NCBI GenBank assembly: GCA_017551905.1
Contig: JAFZKK010000161.1
Span: 64,599 to 128,598, forward strand
DNA length: 64,000 nt
From: Salinivirgaceae bacterium
GTDB taxonomy: Bacteria > Bacteroidota > Bacteroidia > Bacteroidales > SZUA-534
Direction of reading: 5' to 3'
Part shown: one piece after another, positions 7,887 through 17,141 of the stretch
How the letters are laid out: every line of letters starts with the position of its first letter
Numbering within the stretch: position 1 is the stretch's first letter
Program-made: the position numbers and the translations under genes
Notes under the pieces: model-generated
The model's database searches: none
What the model saw: only the letters and a program-made list of their open reading frames with translations
What the model was told of the DNA's origin: nothing

Positions 7887-10136
7887 ATGTCTAAAAGGCT
7901 GATTTGCAGAATGTTGATTGCCGCGGCAATGCTGGCGGCACCATTGTCGGGTTTGCGCGCGCAGGATAAACTCGACAGCATTCGTCGCGCTGTGGCCTTT
8001 ATGCCCGACGACACAGCCAAGCTGTCGCGCTACGATTACATCTGCAACTACATCTACAATGTCGATTCGGCGGGCAAGTACAGCAGGCTGATGATAGAGT
8101 TGGCGCAGAAATTCAACGAGCAGCGTTATCTTGCGTTAGGCTATCGCTACCTTTCGCGCTACTACCTGTGGAGCAACAATTACAGCGACGCTCTCGACGC
8201 CAGTGTTGAGTCGCTTAACATCTGGGACCGCCTCGACGACAAATACAACGTCGCTCTGACAAACATGGGCTTGGCCATAATTCTGACAGCCCAGGGGCAG
8301 TTTGAGTCGGCCTCAAAATACTATCATATCAGTCTCGATGTTTTCGAAGAAATAGGCGATTCGGCACACATAACGCAAGTGCTTCAGAATCTGGGTAATA
8401 TGAACACTCATGTGCGTTTCTATCAGAACGCCATCAATTATTACCAAAAGGCGCTGACCATCGACTCGCTCACAAACAACGCCTATGGCCTTATTGCCGA
8501 CCATTCCGGTCTGGCGCGTGTTTATGTGAACAAATACAAACGCCGCCGCCGCGACTCGGTGGCCGAAGAATACTTGCAACTGGCTAAAATGCATCTCGAC
8601 ACAGCCTACTATCTGGCTCTGCCATTGCCAAACATAGTTGAGATGCAGCAGCTGCACATCTATATGGGTATGGTTTATATGGAGATGGCCGACAAACTCA
8701 CCGGCAAGGAGCAAAAAGCCGCACTCGACTCGTGCGAGAGTCACTGCGAACAGCTTCTCAAGCTTCGCCGCGACTACAATCTGAAATCGAACCAGTCGGG
8801 GGTTATAACCATACTTGGACGCGCGCAGATGCGCCGAGGAAACATGGCAAAGGCATTGGAACTTTTGAACCGAGCCGACGAGCTTGAAAAAAATGAACAT
8901 CCGCGCAAAGAGATTAAAAAAGAGATACTTATGGCCTACAAGCAATACTATGAGTTGCAGGGGAACTACCACAAGGCCAACCAGTATCTTGAAGAGCTGA
9001 CATATTTGCTTGTCGAAAGCAGCATCGACGAGGCGGCAGCGCGTGTGGCGCAGTCGAAGTCGAAAATGGAGTTTGAGCAGAAAATGCGTCAGCGCACACT
9101 TGAGGAGTACGACCGCGAGCAGCAATATAAGGCGCAGGCTGAAAGACAGAGGCTTTTGCTTATTTTCATAATATCGAGCCTCACCGTCATCACCATTATA
9201 ATAACCATGTCGGCTATGCGGCGCAAGAAACTCAATCTGCAGCTTAAGCGCCAGAATGTGATGCTCGACGAGAAGAACTACCAGCTCAGCGCCGCCAAAG
9301 AGGAGCTGCAGTCGCAGAACGAGCAGCTCGACCGTGCCAACAAGAGCATTACCGACAGCATTGTCTATGCCAAGCACATACAGGAGGCCGTGATACCTAC
9401 TCCCGAACTTTTGCAGCTTATTTTCGGCGATTGCCTTGTACTGTACCGTCCGTGCAGTATTGTCAGCGGCGATTTCTTCTGGGCGGTGTGTGTGGGCCGA
9501 TACAAGGCGCTTGCTGTCGCCGACTGCACCGGACACGGCGTTCCGGGCGCGCTTATGAGCATGCTGGGCGCATCGATGCTGAACGACATAATATCCAACT
9601 CCGATATGAACTCGCCCGAGCTGCAGGCCAGCGATGTGCTCAACAAGCTGCGCATAAAACTGATTAGGGCTCTGCGTCAGGATTTGGAGCAGAATGAAAG
9701 CGGCACGTTCGATGGAATGGACATGGCTTTTGTGCTTATCGACACCGAAAGCAAGCGTCTGCAATACTCCGGAGCGTTCCGTCCGCTTGTCATAATCCGA
9801 AACGACGAGCTGTCGGTTTTGGAGCCTAACCGTATGCCGATAGGCACTTATTTGGGTAAGCAGACGCAGTTCACCAACCACACTGTCGATATTGAGCCGG
9901 GCGACACCATCTATGCCTACAGCGACGGCTTCACCGACCAGTTCTGCAACATCGAGAGTTTTGATAAATTCGGTCGCCGCCGGTTCTACGCTATGCTGTT
10001 AGACAATTACAAGAAACCGTTCGATGAGCAGCAAACCATCTTCAACGACACATTTGAGCAATGGCGGCGCAACAATCAGGAAGGCACCGTAACCGAGCAG
10101 ACTGATGATGTGCTTGTTGTTGGAATAAGGGTGTAG
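7887..10136 (+). CDS. TPR-repeat / transmembrane / coiled-coil protein with C-terminal PP2C-type (SpoIIE/RsbU-like) serine phosphatase domain
   Basis: Signal-like N-terminus, TPR-like helical repeats, a TM segment (LLLIFIISSLTVITIIITMSAM) and a coiled coil. PP2C motifs: SGDFFW, ADCTGHGVPGALMSMLG, DGMDMAFVLID, YSDGFTDQ, DDVLVVGIRV. I prefer ATG at 7887 over the GTG at 7884. Confidence 0.85.
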   Translation: MSKRLICRMLIAAAMLAAPLSGLRAQDKLDSIRRAVAFMPDDTAKLSRYDYICNYIYNVDSAGKYSRLMIELAQKFNEQRYLALGYRYLSRYYLWSNNYSDALDASVESLNIWDRLDDKYNVALTNMGLAIILTAQGQFESASKYYHISLDVFEEIGDSAHITQVLQNLGNMNTHVRFYQNAINYYQKALTIDSLTNNAYGLIADHSGLARVYVNKYKRRRRDSVAEEYLQLAKMHLDTAYYLALPLPNIVEMQQLHIYMGMVYMEMADKLTGKEQKAALDSCESHCEQLLKLRRDYNLKSNQSGVITILGRAQMRRGNMAKALELLNRADELEKNEHPRKEIKKEILMAYKQYYELQGNYHKANQYLEELTYLLVESSIDEAAARVAQSKSKMEFEQKMRQRTLEEYDREQQYKAQAERQRLLLIFIISSLTVITIIITMSAMRRKKLNLQLKRQNVMLDEKNYQLSAAKEELQSQNEQLDRANKSITDSIVYAKHIQEAVIPTPELLQLIFGDCLVLYRPCSIVSGDFFWAVCVGRYKALAVADCTGHGVPGALMSMLGASMLNDIISNSDMNSPELQASDVLNKLRIKLIRALRQDLEQNESGTFDGMDMAFVLIDTESKRLQYSGAFRPLVIIRNDELSVLEPNRMPIGTYLGKQTQFTNHTVDIEPGDTIYAYSDGFTDQFCNIESFDKFGRRRFYAMLLDNYKKPFDEQQTIFNDTFEQWRRNNQEGTVTEQTDDVLVVGIRV

Positions 10137-10225
10137 TTGAGAACGAAAACACTAACTATAACCAAAACGATAACTATAACCAAACGATAACGATAACGAA
10201 GACGATAACACCAATCAATACAAAC

Positions 10226-10260
10226 TAAAAAAGCCACCCTTTCGGATGGCTTTATTTATT
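10226..10260. terminator. bidirectional terminator between the convergent PP2C gene and tsf
   Basis: AAAAAAGCCACCCTTTCGGATGGCTTTATTTATT. The minus strand gives AGCCATCCGAAAGGGTGGCT followed by TTTTTT. Confidence 0.7.
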
Positions 10261-10277
10261 AGCGTGCCTTTAAAGCA

Positions 10278-11276
10278 TTAGTCTTTCAAAGCGTAACGTT
10301 TGAAACCGGTGCATGTCAGGCCTTTCGATGCGGCCGTCATCATTTGCTCAACAGTTATCTTGTTGTCTTTGATAAAAATCTGGTTGAGCAGTGTGCTCTC
10401 TTTGAAGAACTTGTTCAAACGTCCTTGAGCAATATTCTGAATCATTTGCTCCTTAAGGTTTGCGGCGGCCTCAACAGCCACTTTAGCCTTGATGTCGCGG
10501 GCTTGCTGTGCTTGCTCGGGAGTGAGCCAGCCTTTGGCAGTGTTCGATTCAATATGCTCGTCAGAGTCAACGTGAGCGGGGTTGATGCCGGCTTTCTTAA
10601 GTGCGGCCTCAACAGCTTTCTCAATTTGTTCTTCTTTGGTTTTCTCCAGAGCCACGGTCATCTCGTTCTCAATAACCGATGCAGGAACATCTTCTTTGGT
10701 GAGCGCTACCGGGTTCATGGCTGCAACTTGCATTGCAACGTCTTTGTAAACCTGTTTGTCGACGCCGGCTTGGTTGAAGCTGACCAAAGTGGCCAGTTTG
10801 TTGCCCATGTGGATGTAGGGGCAAACAACTTCGCCTTGGAGCGTCTCGCAGCATGCCAGCTCAAGCTTCTCGCCAATGATACCGATTTGCTCGGTGATGA
10901 TGCCCTCAACAGTTTTTCCGTTTTTGAACGGAGTGTTTTTCAGGGCGTCGAGGTTGGCGGGTTTTGTTGCCAGAGCCAGGTCGCAGATTTCGTGAGCAAG
11001 TTTCACAAAATCCTCGTTTTTAGCTACAAAGTCGGTCTCGCAGTTGAGTGCGATGAGTGCGCCGAATTTGCCGTCGGCCGATACTTTTGCAATGACATCG
11101 CCTTCCGAAGCCTCACGGTCGGCGCGTTTGTTTGCGACGGCCTGGCCTTTCTCGCGGATAATCTGGATTGCGCGGTCGAAATCACCGTCCGACTCAACAA
11201 GAGCCTTCTTGCAGTCCATCATGCCGGCACCGGTTAGTTTGCGCAGTTTTGCTACGTCTGATGCTGATATTGCCAT
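10278..11276 (-). CDS. tsf: translation elongation factor Ts
   Basis: 332 aa. N-terminal UBA-like motif MAISASDVAKLRKLTGAGMMDCKKAL and EF-Ts core (CETDFVAKNEDF). Located directly downstream of rpsB. Confidence 0.95.
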   Translation of the reverse strand: MAISASDVAKLRKLTGAGMMDCKKALVESDGDFDRAIQIIREKGQAVANKRADREASEGDVIAKVSADGKFGALIALNCETDFVAKNEDFVKLAHEICDLALATKPANLDALKNTPFKNGKTVEGIITEQIGIIGEKLELACCETLQGEVVCPYIHMGNKLATLVSFNQAGVDKQVYKDVAMQVAAMNPVALTKEDVPASVIENEMTVALEKTKEEQIEKAVEAALKKAGINPAHVDSDEHIESNTAKGWLTPEQAQQARDIKAKVAVEAAANLKEQMIQNIAQGRLNKFFKESTLLNQIFIKDNKITVEQMMTAASKGLTCTGFKRYALKD

Positions 11277-11296
11277 AATTTTCAGTTTTTAATTGA

Positions 11297-12121
11297 TTAT
11301 TCAGCCGATTCCTCGGTTTCTTCATTCTTTGCTTCTTCGCTTTCAGCTTCTACATCAACTTTAGCGGCCGATTTTTTGCCGCCTTTCTTTGGCTTTTCCT
11401 CCTCGCCTTCGGCAGGTTCTTTGTCTTTCTCGGCTTTGCGCTCCGACAGACCTTCCTGGATGGCGTCGCATATTGCGCCTAAAACCAAAGAGATGGCTTT
11501 TGCCGCATCGTCGTTGCAAGGAATGGCGTAATCAACAGAGTTAGGGTCAGAGTTTGTGTCAACCATAGCGAAGACCGGAATCTGAAGGCGGTGTGCTTCG
11601 GCTACGGCTATTTTTTCTTTTTGAACATCGATGACGAACAGAGCTGCCGGCAGACGTGTCAGGTCGGCGATGCTGCCAAGGTTCTTGGTCAGCTTGCTGC
11701 GTTGACGGTCAACTTGCAGTCTCTCGCGTTTCGACAGGTGGTCAAGAGTTCCGTCTTGTTCCATTTTGTCGAATGTTCCCATTTTCTTAACTGCCTTGCG
11801 GATTGTGGGGAAGTTTGTCAGCATACCGCCCGACCAGCGCTCTGATACGTAGGGCATGTTGATTTTTTTGACTTGCTCGGCGAGTATTTCTTTTGCTTGT
11901 TTTTTTGTTCCTACAAAGAGGATACGGCGGCCTGATTTGGCTATTTGCTTCAAAGCGGCAGCGGCCTCGTCAATTTTTGCCACTGTCTTGTTCAGGTCGA
12001 TGATGTGGATTCCGTTTTTCTCCATAAAGATGTAAGGAGCCATTGCCGGATTCCATTTTCTCTTCAGGTGACCGAAGTGTGCACCTGCGTCCAATAATTC
12101 TTGAAAACTAACTTTAGACAT
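11297..12121 (-). CDS. rpsB: 30S ribosomal protein S2
   Basis: MSKVSFQELLDAGAHFGHLKRKWNPAMAPYIF... is a canonical S2 N-terminus. It has an acidic/lysine-rich C-terminal tail. Confidence 0.95.
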   Translation of the reverse strand: MSKVSFQELLDAGAHFGHLKRKWNPAMAPYIFMEKNGIHIIDLNKTVAKIDEAAAALKQIAKSGRRILFVGTKKQAKEILAEQVKKINMPYVSERWSGGMLTNFPTIRKAVKKMGTFDKMEQDGTLDHLSKRERLQVDRQRSKLTKNLGSIADLTRLPAALFVIDVQKEKIAVAEAHRLQIPVFAMVDTNSDPNSVDYAIPCNDDAAKAISLVLGAICDAIQEGLSERKAEKDKEPAEGEEEKPKKGGKKSAAKVDVEAESEEAKNEETEESAE

Positions 12122-12229
12122 TTTTAATTGTTTTTCGTTTACATTCTTGTTGTAAAAGCAATCGTCAAGTAGTTCTGTACCAGAAGTCTTGACAATTTAG
12201 ATACTAAACGATATTCTCGTGCAGCATCA

Positions 12230-12616
12230 TTAACGCTTACTGAACTGGAATCTCTTACGAGCCTTCTTCTGACCAGGTTTCTTGCGTTCAACCTCACGTG
12301 GGTCGCGGGTGACAAAGCCTGCAGCCTTCAGAGGCTTGCGGTTCTCGGCGTCGACTTCTATCAGTGCGCGGGTGATTCCCAAACGTACGGCCTCAGCCTG
12401 ACCTTTGATACCACCTCCGTCGATAGTTGCCTTAACGTCGTATTTGCCGTTCAGCGACAACACGCCAAAAGGTTGCATAACAATGTATTGCAGGGTGTCA
12501 ATAGGGAAATACTCCTTGAAATCCTTGCCGTTCACTGTCACATTACCTGTTCCTTGGCTCAAGTAAACGCGTGCGATAGCGGACTTTCTGCGTCCAACTG
12601 CATTAATTACTTCCAT
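12230..12616 (-). CDS. rpsI: 30S ribosomal protein S9
   Basis: 128 aa ending ...KKARKRFQFSKR. GRRKSAIARV motif. Confidence 0.95.
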   Translation of the reverse strand: MEVINAVGRRKSAIARVYLSQGTGNVTVNGKDFKEYFPIDTLQYIVMQPFGVLSLNGKYDVKATIDGGGIKGQAEAVRLGITRALIEVDAENRKPLKAAGFVTRDPREVERKKPGQKKARKRFQFSKR

Positions 12617-12617
12617 T

Positions 12618-13073
12618 TTACTTGATTGAATTTAAGTTAATCAATTCAGGTTTCTGAGCCTCATGAGGATGGCTCTCGCCTGCATAAACATAAAGATTAC
12701 GGTACAAAGCGCTTCCCAGACGGTTTTTCGGGAGCATTCCTTTGATTGCCGTTTCTACCATAGCTATTGGCTTTTTGGCCATAAGCTTCTCTGCTACTAT
12801 TGAGCGTTGTCCGCCGGGATAACCGGTGTGGTGCGTGTACACTTTACCTGCCCATTTGTTGCCTGTAAGCTGCACTTTGTCGGCATTGATAATGATGACA
12901 TTGTCGCCGCAGTCAACGTGAGGAGTAAAGTTGGTTTTGTGCTTTCCTCTCAGCAGAAAGGCAGCACCTGAGGCAAGACGGCCCAAGACCTGGTCTTTGG
13001 CGTCGATGACAACCCATTTCTTCTCAACGGTTGTCTTGTTTGCCGAGATTGTCTTAAAACTAAGTGTGTCCAC
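12618..13073 (-). CDS. rplM: 50S ribosomal protein L13 (GTG start)
   Basis: 151 aa. KKWVVIDAKDQVLGRLAS... is canonical L13. It abuts rpsI with a 1-nt gap. Confidence 0.95.
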   Translation of the reverse strand: MDTLSFKTISANKTTVEKKWVVIDAKDQVLGRLASGAAFLLRGKHKTNFTPHVDCGDNVIIINADKVQLTGNKWAGKVYTHHTGYPGGQRSIVAEKLMAKKPIAMVETAIKGMLPKNRLGSALYRNLYVYAGESHPHEAQKPELINLNSIK

Positions 13074-13110
13074 TCTAATCCTAACTTTTTAATTAATAAA
13101 TAAATACTAT

Positions 13111-13130
13111 CCACATTTCCCCAAATGTGG
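13111..13130 (-). promoter_or_regulatory. perfect 8-bp hairpin in the rplM 5' leader
   Basis: CCACATTT-GGGG-AAATGTGG (minus strand), about 40 nt upstream of the rplM start. Possible autoregulatory leader element. Structure only, no homology evidence. Confidence 0.3.
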
Positions 13131-13526
13131 TCTGCAAAAATACAATTTAATATCATTTGCGCAATTATTATTAACAACATTTTGTTGATATGCCGATAAC
13201 GCTGAAAATCAGCTAAAAATGACATTCGGCGCGGTTTATTCAACAGGCGGTTTGGCGGGTTGCTTTCCAAACCGATGTCATTTTTCTGTCGGTGATGTGT
13301 GAAAATTTTCGGTTTTTATGGTCGTTTTTCCTAAAAGGCGCAATGTGTGTTTCTGTTGAGTTTTCACACAATATAATAATGCTGACCGTTGGTTTCCGCA
13401 ATATTTACCCCGCCCGTCCGTTTTTTTATCGCGCAAATTTGTGGGCGGTTCTGAAAAATCAGTATTCGATTTTCATAACACGCCTAAAAAACTATTTTTG
13501 CACCATAAAGAAATAAAGAATCTTTT

Positions 13527-16226
13527 GTGTCGAATTTCAGCAGAATCATTTTGAGTGTAAGCGCGGCGGCGGTAGCTGCCGTAATGGTTTGCTGTGCGCC
13601 CACTAAAAACACTCCGCTGCGGCGCGCCTATCACAACACCACATCGAAATACAATGTCTATTTCAATGGTAACGAGGCGTTTAAGTCGGGCATGGAGAAC
13701 ATCTACTCGGCTCACGACGAAAACTTTGCGCTCATTCTGCCAATGTTTGTGTACAGCGACAAAGAGGCCGCGCTGACATCGTACGGCGACATGAACCGAG
13801 TGATTGAGAAGAGCGAGAAATGCGTCCGCAAGCACTCCATAACCGTCAAACCAAATCAGAAGAAAGGGAAAAAACTGTCGGACAAGCAGAAGGCGTTCAT
13901 GAACAAAAACGAATATGTGAAGTGGATTGACGACGCCGAGATGCTGAACGGCAAGGCGCTGACGATAAAGCAGGACTACTACGCCGCTGTTGAGCAGTTC
14001 ACATCCATTGTCCGCCAGTACGACGACCAAGACACCAAGACCGAAGCCTACATTTGGCTGGCGCGGTGCTACACCGAAATGGAGAAATACGACCAGGCGC
14101 AGGATTTTCTGAACACCATAACCAGCGACATGAGCAAGGTGTCGAAAAAGATGATGTCGCCGCTCAACGCCACACAGGCCGACATCATGATTCGTCAGGA
14201 GCGCTACACCGACGCCATTCCTTATCTTGAAGACGCCGTTAAAACCATTCGCCGCAACAAGCGCGACAAGGTGCGTATGATGTATATTCTGGCACAGCTC
14301 TACCAGCTGAACGAGGAGAGCCGCAAGGCCAGCGAGTGGTATCAGAAGGTTATCGACAAAAACCCCGACTACAAATATACCTTCAACGCAAGCATCAACA
14401 AGGCCAGCATCTACAACAGCGAGACGGGCAACAGCGACCAGCTGCAGCGTGTGCTCAACAAGATGCTGAAAGACGAAAAAAACACCGAATATCTCGACCA
14501 GATTTACTACGCCTTGGGCAACATCGCCTACAACGAGATGCGCGACGATGACGCTCTGTGGTACTACAAGCAGTCGATTGCCACAAGCACCGTCAACACC
14601 AATCAGAAGAGCGTGTCGTATCTAGCTGTGGCCGACATCTATTTCGACAAGCCCGATTACCGCAAAGCCCAGCTCTACTACGACAGCGCCATGGTGAATC
14701 TGCCGCGCGAGTATCCCAACTACAAGCTCATTAAGCGCAAAACCGACAATCTGACCGACCTTGTCCGCTGTCTTGAGACTATCAGTCGCGAGGATAGTCT
14801 GCAGCGGTTGGCCAAAATGTCGGAAGCTGAGCGTAACCGCATAATCGACAAGAAGATAAACGAAGTGAAAGCCGCCGAGGAGGCTGAAAAAAGCCGCGAG
14901 GCTCAACAAAAAAACGAGATAGCGCAGGCTCAACAGATGTCGAGGCAGAACGCCAACACCGGCGGCAAATGGTATTTCTACAACCAATCGTCGCTGAGCC
15001 TGGGACAGTCGGAGTTCAGCAAGAAATGGGGCGGGCGCAAGCTGGAGGACAACTGGCGGCGCAGCAACAAAACAGTGCTCGACTTTGATGATTACGACGC
15101 CTACGGAAACGAGGAGCCAGAGGAGGACAAGAAGAAAGATTTGGACAACAAAACGCGCGAGTACTATTTGGTTGACATTCCGTTGACCGACTCGGCCTAT
15201 CAGGCTTCGGAGGCCAAAGAGGAAGCCGCCTATTTCGATTTGGGCGTTATCTATAAAGACAAGTTCGCCGACCTTCCGTTGTCAATCAGCGCGTTTGAGG
15301 ATTATCTGAAGAAATATCCCGATTCGGAGCAAACCGTGTCGGCCTTGTTCAATATGTACAAGGTGTATCTTCTGCAAAAAGACTATCCGAACGCCGAGGC
15401 TTGCAAGAACCGCATCATCAACGATTATCCGGACACCGATTATGCTAAAATCCTGAATAATCCGGACTATTACAAAGAACTTGAACGTGCTGACAATCAG
15501 CTCAATTTTATGTATCAGGCCACATACAAGTTCTTTATCACCGGCAACTGCGACCAGGTGGCCAACACCTACCGCTATGTCGATTCGGCCTATCCCGAGA
15601 GCCGGCTTATTCCGAAATTTGCGTTGCTCAACACACTCTGTTCGGGTAAAAACACCGACACCGCCACTTTTGAGCAGGCGCTGAAGGCCTTTATCGCCAA
15701 ATACCCGAAAAACGAGGAGAGCACTTACGCCCGCGAGGTTATTGCCGCCTTGAACCGCAAGCCGCACGTCTATGAGGAGAAAACCGAGGAGGAGCTCCTG
15801 CGTGAGCAGCTGGCAGCCGAGCAACTGGCCTACGACACGCTCGACATCTCGCTTTTCAACTACAACGCCGCCGAGACCTATTATTATATGGTGGCGTGCG
15901 CCAACAGCAAGCTCGACGACAACAAAATCAAATTTAACCTTATCGACTTTAACGATGAATACTTTGATTTTCTGAACTTTGACGTCAGCAATCAGCGGCT
16001 CAACGAAGATTACAATGTTGTGATAGTTACCAAGTTCAAAAACGCCAAAATGGCGCAGAACTACATTGAGTCGGTGATAATTGCCGGCGAGGTGTTCGAC
16101 GACATCACGCCCGACAGCTATCGGCACTACATAATATCGAAATCGAACTACGACAAACTGTTGGAAGACAAAAATATAGACCGATACAACAAATTCTTTG
16201 AACAGAATTTCCGCCTTAATCCTTAG
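13527..16226 (+). CDS. TPR-repeat lipoprotein, PorW/SprE-like (type IX secretion component)
   Basis: 899 aa. Lipobox-like ...AAVMVCC followed by APTKNTPLRRAYHNTTSKYNVYFNGNEAF, which matches my recollection of the SprE/PorW N-terminal signature. TPR-like repeats throughout. GTG start. Confidence 0.55.
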   Translation: MSNFSRIILSVSAAAVAAVMVCCAPTKNTPLRRAYHNTTSKYNVYFNGNEAFKSGMENIYSAHDENFALILPMFVYSDKEAALTSYGDMNRVIEKSEKCVRKHSITVKPNQKKGKKLSDKQKAFMNKNEYVKWIDDAEMLNGKALTIKQDYYAAVEQFTSIVRQYDDQDTKTEAYIWLARCYTEMEKYDQAQDFLNTITSDMSKVSKKMMSPLNATQADIMIRQERYTDAIPYLEDAVKTIRRNKRDKVRMMYILAQLYQLNEESRKASEWYQKVIDKNPDYKYTFNASINKASIYNSETGNSDQLQRVLNKMLKDEKNTEYLDQIYYALGNIAYNEMRDDDALWYYKQSIATSTVNTNQKSVSYLAVADIYFDKPDYRKAQLYYDSAMVNLPREYPNYKLIKRKTDNLTDLVRCLETISREDSLQRLAKMSEAERNRIIDKKINEVKAAEEAEKSREAQQKNEIAQAQQMSRQNANTGGKWYFYNQSSLSLGQSEFSKKWGGRKLEDNWRRSNKTVLDFDDYDAYGNEEPEEDKKKDLDNKTREYYLVDIPLTDSAYQASEAKEEAAYFDLGVIYKDKFADLPLSISAFEDYLKKYPDSEQTVSALFNMYKVYLLQKDYPNAEACKNRIINDYPDTDYAKILNNPDYYKELERADNQLNFMYQATYKFFITGNCDQVANTYRYVDSAYPESRLIPKFALLNTLCSGKNTDTATFEQALKAFIAKYPKNEESTYAREVIAALNRKPHVYEEKTEEELLREQLAAEQLAYDTLDISLFNYNAAETYYYMVACANSKLDDNKIKFNLIDFNDEYFDFLNFDVSNQRLNEDYNVVIVTKFKNAKMAQNYIESVIIAGEVFDDITPDSYRHYIISKSNYDKLLEDKNIDRYNKFFEQNFRLNP

Positions 16227-16251
16227 TAAAGGCGGAAAACGATATAAACGT

Positions 16252-17049
16252 ATGATTATGAAGAAAATATTAATTTTTGGAGCATTTGCGGCATTTGGTT
16301 TGACAGCCACATCGTGCTGCCGGCAACCTGAGGCCGACAACCAGAACCAGCTGTTGCTTGCCACCGCTTGGTATCAGCAATCGGCTGAGATGCGCGCATG
16401 CTACTATCAGGCCTATCGCATGGCACAAATGGCTCTCGACAACAATCTGAGCAATTACAAAGGCGACAAACGTCCGGCTGTGGTGCTCGACATCGACGAG
16501 ACGGTGCTCGACAACAGCCCGTTTGAGGCCGGACTGATAGCCGCCAACCAATCATACAGCGACAGTCTGTGGCGTGTGTGGACCGACCGCGCCGAGGCCG
16601 CACCGCTGCCCGGAGCCGCTGAGTTCATCAGTTATGCCCGTCAGAAAGGCGTTGATGTGTTCTTCATATCGAACCGCAGAGACGAGGAACGCGCCACCAC
16701 GCTGCAAAACCTTGCGGCGGCTGGTATGCCAACCGATTCGGCTTTCTTGCTGACTATTGCGCCGGGCGAATCGTCGTGCAAGGACTCGCGCCGCGAAAAA
16801 GTGTCGGAAACACACGAGATTCTGTTGTTTGTGGGCGACAATATGGGTGACTACTCATCGCTGTTCGACCGCCGCAACGCCTCATTGGCGCTTGGTTTGA
16901 CCGACTCGCTGCAAGCCGACTTCGGCACACGCTTTATTGTGCTTCCCAACCCGATGTACGGCGAGTGGGAAAACGCCATTTACCGCGCAAAAGGAGCCAA
17001 AAGCCGGAGTGAGAAGAATAAGACAATATTGGAGAGGTTGAAGTTATAA
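16252..17049 (+). CDS. class C acid phosphatase / lipoprotein e(P4)-family 5'-nucleotidase (HAD superfamily)
   Basis: Signal plus lipobox MIMKKILIFGAFAAFGLTATSCC. HAD motif I VVLDIDETVLDNSPF and motif GDNMGDY. I chose the start at ATG 16252, after the upstream gene ends at 16226. Confidence 0.8.
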   Translation: MIMKKILIFGAFAAFGLTATSCCRQPEADNQNQLLLATAWYQQSAEMRACYYQAYRMAQMALDNNLSNYKGDKRPAVVLDIDETVLDNSPFEAGLIAANQSYSDSLWRVWTDRAEAAPLPGAAEFISYARQKGVDVFFISNRRDEERATTLQNLAAAGMPTDSAFLLTIAPGESSCKDSRREKVSETHEILLFVGDNMGDYSSLFDRRNASLALGLTDSLQADFGTRFIVLPNPMYGEWENAIYRAKGAKSRSEKNKTILERLKL

Positions 17050-17141
17050 GTTACAAGGCATAAGACATAAGGCAAAAGGCATAAGGGTTGATAATCAAAC
17101 TATTAATCACTAATCATTACACATTAATCATTAAGTAAATT

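Noticed and set aside
8313-9881. 522-aa antisense ORF inside the PP2C gene. Similar long antisense ORFs occur at 15282-16364, 19083-19886, 21235-21900, 23507-24175, 36680-37792 and 38743-39393.
   Set aside because: They lie opposite well-supported genes and have low-complexity, Val/Leu/His-rich translations with no motifs. This is the typical shadow-ORF pattern of codon-biased genes.
12122-12229. Hairpin GTCAAGACTTCTG-gta-CAGAACTACTTGAC between rpsI and rpsB as a terminator or S2 leader.
   Set aside because: The stem has an internal loop and the downstream T-tract is weak. It is plausible but not supportable without conservation data.
13292-13516. 74-aa ORF in the rplM/porW-like divergent intergenic region.
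   Set aside because: AT-rich with an odd composition (F/C/W-rich), no motif, and it overlaps the probable promoter region of the downstream gene.
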